DNA from: a virus
DNA: 64,000 nt
IMG/VR virus record: IMGVR_UViG_3300045141_000107
Coordinates: 1 to 64,000 of that record
Strand: one strand, 5' to 3'
Shown here: positions 1 through 8,478 of the stretch, in pieces
Numbering within the stretch: position 1 is the first letter of the stretch
How the letters are laid out: the number at the start of each line of letters is the position of its first letter
Notes under the pieces: generated by a model
The model's input: only the letters and a program-made list of their open reading frames with translations
The model's database searches: none
Told to the model about the DNA's origin: nothing
Made by a program: the position numbers and the translations under genes

Positions 1-71
1 TGGTGCTGGTAGAGTCTTTCCATGCCCTCTTCTCCTGGGTTGCTACTTGCCTAGCCACACCCTGCCTAAGT

Positions 72-389
72 TTAGCAGGTAGGACCGTCCGGCTGCAACC
101 CCCCAGGAGTCTCTTGAAATGGGCTCCTCTCACGCCTGCGGAAGCAAGCAACGCTACAGAATATCTTCTCGCCGAAGTCAGGCGTTTCGCCCTTTTTCGC
201 CATCGCGTATCTGTGCATCATGGGCCTGCGTAGGTGGCACCAGTTGCATTCCGTCTTGGACGTAAAGTTCTTGTACCCCTGGCTGAAGAGTAGTGTGCCG
301 TTCTCGTCGTACGTCCCCACCAGCCGTATAGGAGTAGGTTTGCCAGGCTGACTTGCAGATGTCACAGATAATCTCTCCACCTGGCACAC
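72..389 (-). CDS. small Cys-rich protein (TRASH/MYM-like Zn finger)
   Basis: ECNWC...FCSVACF motif; overlaps 178..477. Confidence 0.45.
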   Translation of the reverse strand: MCQVERLSVTSASQPGKPTPIRLVGTYDENGTLLFSQGYKNFTSKTECNWCHLRRPMMHRYAMAKKGETPDFGEKIFCSVACFRRRERSPFQETPGGLQPDGPTC

Positions 390-477
390 TCATGCCGCAA
401 TCAACACAGAGCCCCTTGGGGAACTCATCATACATCTGGCTCATTAGCCTCCTCACGCAGTCGTTCCAGCAATGCAT
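178..477 (-). CDS. small Zn-ribbon protein
   Basis: CVDC...CDIC; C-terminal part overlaps next ORF. Confidence 0.35.
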   Translation of the reverse strand: MHCWNDCVRRLMSQMYDEFPKGLCVDCGMSVPGGEIICDICKSAWQTYSYTAGGDVRRERHTTLQPGVQELYVQDGMQLVPPTQAHDAQIRDGEKGRNA

Positions 478-649
478 CAGTCATCTCTGGCACAAACTCA
501 ATGTCAATTACCGCGTGGTATTGGTCATCCCAACTATGCTTGGCCCGGATGCCGACAAAAGCCACCCTGAGCTCTCGCTCAATCTCAATAAGCTGAGCAG
601 CTACAATGTCAGCAAACGCATCTCGCCAATCATCGGAAGGTGCAATCAC
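428..649 (-). CDS. hypothetical protein
   Basis: ORF translationally coupled to upstream gene. Confidence 0.55.
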   Translation of the reverse strand: MIAPSDDWRDAFADIVAAQLIEIERELRVAFVGIRAKHSWDDQYHAVIDIEFVPEMTDALLERLREEANEPDV

Positions 650-1035
650 TACCCGTCCCGCCTTGCGGCTTCTTCTTCAAACTGGCTGATAATAGCATCC
701 ACCACACCAATCGCAGTGCTTACACCCATGAGATGTTCGTCTTCGTCCGGGTTCTCATCATCACTGGCTTTGAACAGCCCCTCCGGTACCTCGTCTTCCC
801 AGTAGTCAAGGGCCTCAGATGGGGTAGCATCTTCCCAGACAGACCACGTCGCTGTGCCATCCATCGTTGCCAGCAGCATGCGGAACGCAGACCGCTCGAT
901 AAATCGCCATTGCGCTTGGTTCCACTGGTAGTTGTGCTGGACCTTACCAGTGTCTTTGTGCTCGCTATCCCATTGGCCCGCCTTACTTAGGTCGAAGCCA
1001 ATCAGCAATCGGGGGCCAGTTACCAAGTCTGTCAT
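649..1035 (-). CDS. hypothetical acidic protein
   Basis: ORF, likely start MTDLVTG overlapping upstream stop. Confidence 0.6.
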   Translation of the reverse strand: MTDLVTGPRLLIGFDLSKAGQWDSEHKDTGKVQHNYQWNQAQWRFIERSAFRMLLATMDGTATWSVWEDATPSEALDYWEDEVPEGLFKASDDENPDEDEHLMGVSTAIGVVDAIISQFEEEAARRDG

Positions 1036-1202
1036 TTCACTGCCGCTCCTGGGGTAAAGTCGTTGTCCGCCCAACGCACAAACATCTCAGCAAATGAGAT
1101 GTAATCTTTCTTACTGCTGTCACTAAGCGGACTTGCTTCCACGTGCTCGACATACTCGTCAAGCAACTCATACAGCCTGTTGATGCTGCGCAACCTGGGC
1201 AT
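1032..1202 (-). CDS. small protein resembling a stand-alone integrase N-terminal SAM-like domain
   Basis: EYVEHVEASPLSDSSKKDY...FVRW pattern; extended -10 (TGCTATACT) upstream. Confidence 0.45.
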   Translation of the reverse strand: MPRLRSINRLYELLDEYVEHVEASPLSDSSKKDYISFAEMFVRWADNDFTPGAAVK

Positions 1203-1274
1203 CACCTTGCACTCCTGTTGGTTAGGCACACTTGCCATGCCACAGTATAGCAAGGTGATACTCCCACGTGCCTC

Positions 1275-1799
1275 TTAGTTAGCCATCCAGAGACCGGTGC
1301 CGCCAGTAGTCATCTCGTTGTCCCCGATGAATCCCTCTAGGCACGCGAAGCAGATGTACACAAAAGTACCATAGGTCTCTACCCTGATAGGTGTGCTACC
1401 ACACTCATCGTTATCCGGGATATTGACAGCCTGGGCATCGTCTATTGGGTGTAGGAACTCAATCGACCTGTACTTGTAGTTTGTCCGTCCACCACAGCCA
1501 GCACACTTGTGCGGGTAGTACGGGTCCTCCTCCAGGGTGTCGTTGTAGTAGGGGCCTTCCCACCACAACCCGTACTTGTCTTTGTTGGCCTTCAAGACCT
1601 CTTCGATCTGGTCTGAAGTAAGTACCTCGCTGGCGACTGGTACCAACCAGTCACACTCTGGTTGCGCTGGCGGATGATGCCAGGATACCAATGCCTCGGA
1701 CTGTAAGCCCTTCTCAGCCTCTTGGGCCTGGGCAAAATCCCCGTTCACCCACACCAAAAACGAACACCATTTCTTAACCTCTGTACCTGTTTGGGCCAT
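1275..1799 (-). CDS. hypothetical protein with Zn ribbon
   Basis: CAGC...CFAC; likely start MAQTGTEV. Confidence 0.55.
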   Translation of the reverse strand: MAQTGTEVKKWCSFLVWVNGDFAQAQEAEKGLQSEALVSWHHPPAQPECDWLVPVASEVLTSDQIEEVLKANKDKYGLWWEGPYYNDTLEEDPYYPHKCAGCGGRTNYKYRSIEFLHPIDDAQAVNIPDNDECGSTPIRVETYGTFVYICFACLEGFIGDNEMTTGGTGLWMAN

Positions 1800-1824
1800 G
1801 CCTAAGTATACCACGCCAGAGGTT

Positions 1825-2208
1825 CTAGTAGCCATCACCAGGAGATGCCCAGAAGATGTCGCTGAGCATGCCCTCAAACACATCGGACAGGAAATCGTCA
1901 AAGTACTCGAAGCCAGTTGCTTTGACTACAGCCTCTCGTTCACTATCTTCACCCATAGCTATGATTTCCTTCTCGTCATGGGACAGTTGCTGTGCCTGAG
2001 TTTCGAAGATTATCAGGCTAGCTGTCATCCACAGCGGTACATCGAAGTCTTCCCGCATGCGCATGTCGTTGTCGAACGAGATGTGCTCAATGCACTCGAA
2101 CACATTGGGGTATTTAGTCTGGAAGTCCGTGCGAAGCATCTTCACTCCTGATAAAGTGTATTTCCTGTACCCACCCCGGTGGGAACTCATCAATGTGATT
2201 GATGTCAT
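1825..2208 (-). CDS. hypothetical protein
   Basis: ORF in minus-strand gene run. Confidence 0.5.
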   Translation of the reverse strand: MTSITLMSSHRGGYRKYTLSGVKMLRTDFQTKYPNVFECIEHISFDNDMRMREDFDVPLWMTASLIIFETQAQQLSHDEKEIIAMGEDSEREAVVKATGFEYFDDFLSDVFEGMLSDIFWASPGDGY

Positions 2209-2349
2209 CTTTGAGACACTGAATAAAGTGTGTCAAGCAGAGCGCCCACAGTTGGTACTGCTCTGGCCCCGTAGGGTATGTGACACGAACTTGGGCAGGA
2301 AACTTACACTGGTTCTTTCTAGCACTGTTCAAGCCGAAGATTTGGCAGT

Positions 2350-2763
2350 TCATGGCATAATTATCCGCTCTCCAAAGCTGTTGACTAGTATAGCAGGAAT
2401 ATGGGCACGGCGTGCCTGCTTCAGCATATCTGCGGTGCCCTTGCTGTTGACGATGTCATCATGGAATGCCGCGACCAGATTTGGGTGTTCTTCCAGCATC
2501 TCGCGGTTACGGATTGGACCCGCTGCCCTATGGTATTGGTCCCAGTCAGCAGGGTGTGGGTGCACTTCAAAGCCCAACCTCTTCGCATGGGCATCTGCAA
2601 TGCTGTCCACACCACGTGCGGCCCCATGCACCACGATGGGGTGCTGGTTGCGGAAGGACCACAACACAGACCACACCGAGAGCTTTTGGGCTTCATCATC
2701 CATCGACCAGTTACGGTCTCCGGTGACCAGAAGCACAAAGGTCATACGTAGGTAATTACCCAC
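2350..2763 (-). CDS. DUF2493 / YspA-like SLOG family protein
   Basis: LVTGDR, VVHGAARGVD, HPADWD..AAGPIRN, SKGTADM motifs. Confidence 0.85.
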   Translation of the reverse strand: MGNYLRMTFVLLVTGDRNWSMDDEAQKLSVWSVLWSFRNQHPIVVHGAARGVDSIADAHAKRLGFEVHPHPADWDQYHRAAGPIRNREMLEEHPNLVAAFHDDIVNSKGTADMLKQARRAHIPAILVNSFGERIIMP

Positions 2764-3038
2764 TCCTGTTGCTGATGCACGGGGTCTAGCCGTGATGCCT
2801 CTAGTTCCAGCATAATGTGCGGCAAACAGAGAGGTACTGAATCGCCGCCATCATAGGATGCCATGTAGTACGCTGGCATCCCACACACCTGCCCGCCGAA
2901 AGTGGCGTCCTCGCAGGTGTACTTATTCGGCGGGTTTTGCGGGATGGGGGTTCCTTCGGACTCGGGCAAGGGTGCTCTTCCTCTCATTTTTGAACGCCGC
3001 GTCATGTTCCACACGCGCAGCATAGATAGCATTCTCAT
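2742..3038 (-). CDS. hypothetical protein
   Basis: Cys/His pattern in C-terminal half; start uncertain. Confidence 0.4.
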   Translation of the reverse strand: MRMLSMLRVWNMTRRSKMRGRAPLPESEGTPIPQNPPNKYTCEDATFGGQVCGMPAYYMASYDGGDSVPLCLPHIMLELEASRLDPVHQQQEWVITYV

Positions 3039-3285
3039 AGTTATCCTGGGCAGCAGTTACTTCGTCGTCCACTGCCTTGATGTAGCCGCGCATATATTCC
3101 AGCACCCTGATACTGCGCTGCACCAACACATCGTTTCTTGGCAGTGTTTCAATGTCGCGCTTGATTGCGCTAACCATCTGCAACAGAGCGCGCTTGCGCA
3201 TCAATGCTTTGCTGTAGCGCGAGTTAGCCTCGTCCTTGTCGGGCGGCTGCGCTACCACTTCTTGTGCTTGGGTTGGTTGTGCCAT
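2923..3285 (-). CDS. hypothetical coiled-coil protein
   Basis: start MAQPTQ just after TATAAT -10 element. Confidence 0.6.
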   Translation of the reverse strand: MAQPTQAQEVVAQPPDKDEANSRYSKALMRKRALLQMVSAIKRDIETLPRNDVLVQRSIRVLEYMRGYIKAVDDEVTAAQDNYENAIYAARVEHDAAFKNERKSTLARVRRNPHPAKPAE

Positions 3286-3328
3286 GTGTGCATTATAGCC
3301 TTGGGATTGTCTGGGTAACCATCTGGGC

Positions 3329-3362
3329 AAAAGAAAAGGCAGGTAGCCTGCACTACCTGCCT
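3329..3362 (-). terminator. intrinsic terminator
   Basis: AGGCAGGTAG/CTACCTGCCT stem followed by a T-rich tract on minus strand. Confidence 0.75.
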
Positions 3363-3387
3363 CTCTTTCCCTCCCCCTGGTCAAGAT

Positions 3388-3597
3388 TTACTGTGCGATA
3401 GCCCCAAAAACGATTGCTGGAATCGTCTTGTCAAGTCTGGTAGAGTGAACAACCATTTCGCTGCCGTTGTTACCTCCCCACTCCACCTTTACACTGAGGT
3501 CGCCATTGGGTAGCGGTGTGATGAGGATGTTCCCACGTTGGGAGTATTGGACCAGGGTTGGTTCCTGGTCCTCCACGCCTTTGTAGTGACGAGGCAT
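3388..3597 (-). CDS. hypothetical protein
   Basis: ORF coupled to upstream gene. Confidence 0.6.
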   Translation of the reverse strand: MPRHYKGVEDQEPTLVQYSQRGNILITPLPNGDLSVKVEWGGNNGSEMVVHSTRLDKTIPAIVFGAIAQ

Positions 3598-3924
3598 TTA
3601 CTCCTCGTCCTCCTCTTCTTCGGCTTCCTCATCCTCAGCCTCTTCGTCTTCGTCTTCGGCCTCCTCGTCTTCTTCCTCTTCCTCTTCGGGCTCCGGCTCG
3701 GGGGCCTTGTAGGCTGAGATGAGTTGGCACGGGCGACGGTAACCCGTCAGCTTGGTGCTGAGCTGAAGCAGCACTTGCAGGTCGGCAATGACCTCGCTCG
3801 TACCGTGCTTCGCCAGGAAGGCCTCGGTACGGCGCTTCATAAGCGCCTCAGCCTCTGGTGTCTTCCACTCCGGTAGTGGACGCTTGGCTTTGGCCGTCTT
3901 CACAGCCGTCTTCGCTACTGCCAC
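3598..3924 (-). CDS. protein with basic N-terminus and poly-Glu/Asp tail
   Basis: SD AGAGGAGA; about 30-residue acidic C-terminus. Confidence 0.75.
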   Translation of the reverse strand: MAVAKTAVKTAKAKRPLPEWKTPEAEALMKRRTEAFLAKHGTSEVIADLQVLLQLSTKLTGYRRPCQLISAYKAPEPEPEEEEEEDEEAEDEDEEAEDEEAEEEEDEE

Positions 3925-3995
3925 GTAAATCTCCTCTGCGCAATGCGTGCGCCCGCCTTGTCAGTATCTTGTGCCCGCCTGGTGCACATAGCTAC

Positions 3996-4024
3996 ATAAT
4001 ACAGCCCCAGAGTTCCCTGTGCAA
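3996..4024 (-). promoter_or_regulatory. sigma70-type promoter
   Basis: TTGCAC-N17-TATTAT. Confidence 0.6.
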
Positions 4025-4202
4025 TGCCAGTTTAGAGGCGACCGCCTCTAGCACTTCTTTCAACGCTTGTTGGAAATGCACTTCATGCACTGAAGGTTTG
4101 GATTCCTGAGCTTGCATAACTCTCCCTGGAGTACCCTATGAGCCACGATCTGGACTCCGCAGGTAGAGCAGTAATGGAAACACACTCCATTAGATACAAT
4201 CA

Positions 4203-4511
4203 TCAGACAATATCCTCTACCGGAAATTGCTTCAGGTTACTGATGAATGTGCCGGGACTAGGATGCTTAGCAAGCTCACAACACAGCTTGGGATTGAAGC
4301 TGTCACCTAGCTTGTAAGCATACCCCTTGCGTCCTTGGCGGAAGATCACCACCAGTGCTTTCATCCTGGTGTTGCGGCCTACGAACATGATGTGCGAAGG
4401 CTCACGGATCACGTGCCCATGGACAGTGAGGTTGCGGAGGGGGGCGTTATTTGCCTTCCCGCCCCCCTCCTCCTCGACAGCAAGCCGCGGAGGCACCTTG
4501 CTGTGAGTCAT
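4203..4511 (-). CDS. KTSC-domain-like protein
   Basis: SHIMFVG...LVVIFRQG..YAY...LAKHPSPGTFI resembles the KTSC pattern; start uncertain. Confidence 0.5.
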   Translation of the reverse strand: MTHSKVPPRLAVEEEGGGKANNAPLRNLTVHGHVIREPSHIMFVGRNTRMKALVVIFRQGRKGYAYKLGDSFNPKLCCELAKHPSPGTFISNLKQFPVEDIV

Positions 4512-4518
4512 TAAGAGA

Positions 4519-4553
4519 GGCCCGCTCCCAAGAGGGCAAAGAGGGAGCGGGCC
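4519..4553. terminator. GC-rich hairpin / probable terminator
   Basis: GGCCCGCTCCC/GGGAGCGGGCC perfect 11-bp inverted repeat. Confidence 0.55.
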
Positions 4554-4581
4554 ATCTCAACCACAGTGGGTGGTCGGCAAG

Positions 4582-4872
4582 TCACCCTGCTGCTTTTGTA
4601 ACTATAGCACGGCGGTGTTTCTGTGTGTGCCTGCATTCCCCGACCAGTATCCTCCGCTCCTTCATGAATTTAGACCATATTATCACTATAATACGCGCGC
4701 ATGTAGGCTTATTCCTGCACAGCGCTTCCGTTATCGCTCGCTCGTTAGTGAGACCAAACAGCTCTGGTGTTCCCCAGACAGTGATAACATATGGGCGTGC
4801 TGAAACACGCACCATCACTCGCCAACCGTGACGCTTGCCGTCGTCTGCACGGTATAGCACATCTACAATCAT
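4582..4872 (-). CDS. hypothetical basic protein
   Basis: ORF with SD-like AGAGGGG. Confidence 0.5.
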   Translation of the reverse strand: MIVDVLYRADDGKRHGWRVMVRVSARPYVITVWGTPELFGLTNERAITEALCRNKPTCARIIVIIWSKFMKERRILVGECRHTQKHRRAIVTKAAG

Positions 4873-4880
4873 ATTGCCCT

Positions 4881-5165
4881 CTAACGCAGTGCGTCTACTT
4901 CACTCCAGTGTGAGTCCATCACGTATATACCCATCAGCTTGGCTGCACGTGATATCTCACCCCTACCCACATCACTGCGGTCTGTGGTAGTTACGTTGCC
5001 GACTATTATACGCAGGTGATAACGTTGCTTCTCAATAGGTCGAACGAAAAAGTGTCTGTCGGTGCCACCCCCTCTTGGTTGTTCATGCCACAATATAGCA
5101 TCCACGGGCTGACGTGCTTGCCCGTGTGTCAGCATCATCTTGCTGCGGCCAACGTATGTAAACAT
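4881..5165 (-). CDS. hypothetical protein
   Basis: ORF directly after promoter. Confidence 0.55.
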   Translation of the reverse strand: MFTYVGRSKMMLTHGQARQPVDAILWHEQPRGGGTDRHFFVRPIEKQRYHLRIIVGNVTTTDRSDVGRGEISRAAKLMGIYVMDSHWSEVDALR

Positions 5166-5174
5166 ACCTGCCTA

Positions 5175-5204
5175 AGTGTAGCTGCTGGAGACGTCCCTGT
5201 GCAA
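5175..5204 (-). promoter_or_regulatory. sigma70-type promoter
   Basis: TTGCAC-N18-TACACT. Confidence 0.6.
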
Positions 5205-5243
5205 GCGGTAAGGGAGCGGAGTGCTATCTCCGCCCCCACCCTA

Positions 5244-6254
5244 CTAGTCGGCGTCCGCAGCCACGGCGCGGATGATGCGGTAGGTACCCGCTTCCGCGTT
5301 ATGCCCCATCGCCAGCTTGAGCTCAGCCGCGTGGTTGTGAATCCACCCGATGTTCATGCTGGTGAAGTTGCGGTCCTTCTCGGACAAGGTGGTACCGTTG
5401 TCCTTGGCCCAATCACGCTGCAAGCGCTTGGCCCGCAGAATCACGTTCTCGGGCTTGCCAGGGCCGTCCGCCTGGTTGACCTGCGACTTGGTCACCTCTT
5501 TCAGCGCCTGGTACACAAAGTACCGTTTCGTGGCGTAGGTCGCGGGGTTACCCCAACCTGAGGTGTCAACCGCAGGAGCCTTGGGCTTCTTGGTTGCAGT
5601 CGCCGTCTTGGCCTTGGTAGGTCGAGCCTCTGGCTCTTCCTCTTCCGGGTACTCGTCGTCCTCGTCAGCAGCCGCACGCTTGGCGACGGGCTTGGTCTTG
5701 GTCGCGGCCTTGGCGACGGGCTTGCGCACCACCACCTCTTCCTCTTCCTCCTCATCCTCATCGTCTTCGTCGTCCTCATCCTCGTCGTCCTCTTCGACAA
5801 CGGGGCGGCGAGCCTTGACGGGCGCTGCTTTCTTGGCAGGCGCAGCCGCTTTCTTCGCGGCGGGCTTGGCGACGACTACCTCTTCCTCTTCCTCGTCGTC
5901 CTCTTCGTCGTCCTCATCGTCTTCGTCGTCGTCATCCTCTTCGGCTACGACGCGCTTGGCCGTCTTCGCGGGGGCCTTTGCAACGACCTTAGCGGGGCGC
6001 TTGGGGGCAGGCTCTTCGTCCTCCTCCTCGTCCTCCTCATCTTCGTCGCCTTCGTCCTCCCCATCGGTGTCTTCCTCGACCTCGTCGTCCTCCTCGTCTT
6101 CGACCTCGGTCGCACCACTGGACTGCTCCATTGCCTTGGCGCAATCTGCGTGGAACGGGTCGTCGTCGATAATCACTGGCTTGCCATTGGTAATCGGCTT
6201 GTCACACAGCGTGCAGACCACCTGTGTCTTGCTCTTGCTCTTTGCTTCGGCCAT
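5244..6254 (-). CDS. LIM-like Zn finger + alternating acidic/Lys-Ala disordered region + C-terminal globular domain
   Basis: C-x2-C-x17-H-x2-C; SD AAGGAGA; strong GC3 bias. Confidence 0.85.
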   Translation of the reverse strand: MAEAKSKSKTQVVCTLCDKPITNGKPVIIDDDPFHADCAKAMEQSSGATEVEDEEDDEVEEDTDGEDEGDEDEEDEEEDEEPAPKRPAKVVAKAPAKTAKRVVAEEDDDDEDDEDDEEDDEEEEEVVVAKPAAKKAAAPAKKAAPVKARRPVVEEDDEDEDDEDDEDEEEEEEVVVRKPVAKAATKTKPVAKRAAADEDDEYPEEEEPEARPTKAKTATATKKPKAPAVDTSGWGNPATYATKRYFVYQALKEVTKSQVNQADGPGKPENVILRAKRLQRDWAKDNGTTLSEKDRNFTSMNIGWIHNHAAELKLAMGHNAEAGTYRIIRAVAADAD

Positions 6255-6284
6255 TAGCCCGCTAATTCTCCTTCGAAAGGCTGG

Positions 6285-6659
6285 TCATTTACCCAATTTC
6301 TTCAGTGCCTTACGGTCACGCACCATACCAGCGATGACGGTGTGTACCTTGCACTCTGGCGAACACCTCTCTAGCTTCTCAGCTACCACGTGTGTAGCAA
6401 TCACCCGCTTAGCTCCTGCCACGTCAGCCGCAAGCTCTTGTGCATTGCGTTTGTGTGTAGGTAAGTTGGCGGCGGCCACAGCACAGTTTAGCAATCCCCT
6501 GTTCCCTTTGGCAAGGGGGGTTGGAACTGAACTGCGGAACTGAGCAGCTTTGCGACGTGTCTCTTTGGCTTCATCTACATCTACAGGTACGAACTTGATG
6601 ATGTAGAAGATAAACGCTATCAGCGCAAGCCCGATAACTGTTTCTTCGCCATGTCCCAC
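6285..6659 (-). CDS. hypothetical protein with N-terminal TM helix
   Basis: VIGLALIAFIFYII. Confidence 0.5.
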   Translation of the reverse strand: MGHGEETVIGLALIAFIFYIIKFVPVDVDEAKETRRKAAQFRSSVPTPLAKGNRGLLNCAVAAANLPTHKRNAQELAADVAGAKRVIATHVVAEKLERCSPECKVHTVIAGMVRDRKALKKLGK

Positions 6660-6961
6660 TAGTATACGGGGTCCAGTGCTGCCTCCAGGTCCTCGATAAT
6701 CTCTACTACCTCTTCAGCCGTCTCCGCCCCTTCAAAAGTGCAACTGTTCACCTCGGCCAAGATGCTCATCATACCAGCATTACGGGGCCAGAAATATGGC
6801 TTATCCGCATGCGCTGCAATCACCTCTGCGCTTGGATTCATCAGCGTCTCCACTGTTTTATACAAACGCAGCCTGCTCTCAGCAAAGTCTAGCACAAGGA
6901 ACGTGTCGCCACCCTCCCTGCCAATAAACAGGCGCTCTTCAGGCTTGCTACCTATCTGCAT
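6659..6961 (-). CDS. hypothetical protein
   Basis: SD AAGGAGA. Confidence 0.7.
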   Translation of the reverse strand: MQIGSKPEERLFIGREGGDTFLVLDFAESRLRLYKTVETLMNPSAEVIAAHADKPYFWPRNAGMMSILAEVNSCTFEGAETAEEVVEIIEDLEAALDPVY

Positions 6962-7013
6962 AGGTCTCCTTTATTTAGTTGTACAAGTGCGGCACCACAA
7001 AGTGCCTAACCAA

Positions 7014-7043
7014 AGTATGGCTGCTGGACTGTCCCAGCGGCAA
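7014..7043 (-). promoter_or_regulatory. sigma70-type promoter
   Basis: TTGCCG-N18-CATACT. Confidence 0.55.
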
Positions 7044-7048
7044 CCCTG

Positions 7049-7402
7049 TTAGAAACTCAATGGCATGTCAAAGACAAAGTTCGTTGGGAACGGCTCGAAC
7101 CCACCCTGCTCATTATACACCAGGATGACGAAGGGGTACCCTAGTCTTTGCCGTAGAGCCTGAACAGCTACCACGTTGAAGTAAGCGTGTCCAGTTACCA
7201 GGAAGAATATCCTACTTCCTGGCCAGATTCTATCTACACTGGCGCGTATCTCGGCGGTCACATCCAGGATGTAGTCCCGCGTTAGTGGCCGCCGAGACAG
7301 AGTAGAGAGCGGGTAGAGAACTACCTGGTCCTGGAGCCAACTCTCCAGGACCGCCTTGTCATGATGATGCGGTGTCGCTGAGACTACTGTTAGCACCCGC
7401 AA
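7049..7402 (-). CDS. small alpha/beta protein, possibly CARF/SAVED/Csx3-like
   Basis: IFFLVTGHAYFNVVAVQAL...VILVYNEQGGF pattern. Confidence 0.5.
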   Translation of the reverse strand: MRVLTVVSATPHHHDKAVLESWLQDQVVLYPLSTLSRRPLTRDYILDVTAEIRASVDRIWPGSRIFFLVTGHAYFNVVAVQALRQRLGYPFVILVYNEQGGFEPFPTNFVFDMPLSF

Positions 7403-7505
7403 CCTTCTGTTGTTGTGCTTTGTCCAGTTTCTTGCGTGTCTTCTCTGCCTTGACCATCTGCTTGGAGTACTTGGTGTTCAGCTCTTTGATCTTGTCCTTA
7501 GCCAC
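7359..7505 (-). CDS. 48-aa basic peptide (not in ORF track)
   Basis: MAKDKIKELNTKYSKQMVKAEKTRKKLDK..., read by hand. Confidence 0.45.
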   Translation of the reverse strand: MAKDKIKELNTKYSKQMVKAEKTRKKLDKAQQQKVAGANSSLSDTASS

Positions 7506-7974
7506 GTTTCACTTTCCTTCGAACGGGGACCTCTTCGTCCTCCTCGTCTTCCTCTTCGTCCGGTTCTGCTACCTCTTCATCCTCCTCGTCTGGCTCTTCC
7601 ACATCACGCCTGGTAGCAAACAGCATGAGAATTTCGCCAAGCTCGTCATCGTAGTCCGTAACAGCAGTCAGGTCATAACCGCGTACCCGTAGTGGCTTGC
7701 GCACACCTTCGCGGATTTTGACCTTCTCCGTCTTGCTGGCAACGGGAATGACCACGGCCTTCTCGGCTTGCTCTAGCCGAATAAGCCTGCGCACCAGCTT
7801 CTCGTACTCTGGGTTACGCGACCCAGGTGCACGTCCTTTAGGGACATCGTCCCTGCTAATTGTTCTGGCAACGACGATTTTACCGTTGCTCGGCAGGGCC
7901 TCTTCCGGCTCATCGTCCACAGGGACCCGCCTCTTCTTACGCACCATCACCATGTGCTGTCTCCTTGCTGGCAC
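7498..7974 (-). CDS. hypothetical protein with acidic tail and basic ends
   Basis: ORF after promoter; acidic C-terminal block. Confidence 0.7.
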   Translation of the reverse strand: MPARRQHMVMVRKKRRVPVDDEPEEALPSNGKIVVARTISRDDVPKGRAPGSRNPEYEKLVRRLIRLEQAEKAVVIPVASKTEKVKIREGVRKPLRVRGYDLTAVTDYDDELGEILMLFATRRDVEEPDEEDEEVAEPDEEEDEEDEEVPVRRKVKRG

Positions 7975-7994
7975 CCTTTGCTGCCATACAAGGC

Positions 7995-8024
7995 AGTATA
8001 CAACGGCAGGCTTCCAGTTGGCAA
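7995..8024 (-). promoter_or_regulatory. sigma70-type promoter
   Basis: TTGCCA-N18-TATACT. Confidence 0.65.
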
Positions 8025-8044
8025 ATAGGCAGCTTGCAGTGGAA

Positions 8045-8152
8045 CTAGTCTCTTCCAGTTATCCTTACCAGAGCTACCAATGCGAATATGAGGATCGCCC
8101 CTGAAATAACACCCATGAGGAAACTTATAACGTCCACGGTATACGTAGGCAC
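8045..8152 (-). CDS. 35-aa single-TM peptide (not in ORF track)
   Basis: MPTYTVDVISFLMGVISGAILIFALVALVRITGRD; start overlaps upstream stop. Confidence 0.5.
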   Translation of the reverse strand: MPTYTVDVISFLMGVISGAILIFALVALVRITGRD

Positions 8153-8478
8153 TAGTATTCCCTGGGAATCATACCTGGGATATCTGCGGGGTCAATGGGT
8201 GCTTGATCCCAATTGCCGCTGGTCTCCAAGCCAGGTTCACCATTGTACATATTCAATGGCTTGAGGCCGTGCTCTTCCAGCCGCCGCGCTAGCTCTATGG
8301 TTTCAGCGCCATCAGCCCGCACAAGCTCAGTTGACAATATCGTCAGCTCGGTATTCAACTCAGAATACTCGATCTCGTTGATGTAGCCAAAGATACGCAA
8401 TGCTTCTACTATGGCACGCATATCCTTGCTAGACTGTTCGATTGTCTTCAAGAACGAGCTTGCTGTGTTCCTAGCCAT
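8152..8478 (-). CDS. hypothetical protein
   Basis: ORF coupled to TS-like gene. Confidence 0.6.
   Translation of the reverse strand: MARNTASSFLKTIEQSSKDMRAIVEALRIFGYINEIEYSELNTELTILSTELVRADGAETIELARRLEEHGLKPLNMYNGEPGLETSGNWDQAPIDPADIPGMIPREY

Noticed and set aside
1032-1202. Integrase / temperate lifestyle
   Set aside because: Only a 56-aa SAM-like fragment with no catalytic domain or att site visible.
5563-6543. 326-aa plus-strand poly-Ser ORF
   Set aside because: Antisense shadow of the GAG/GAC-rich acidic gene; the same applies to 28524-28943 and 28637-28894.
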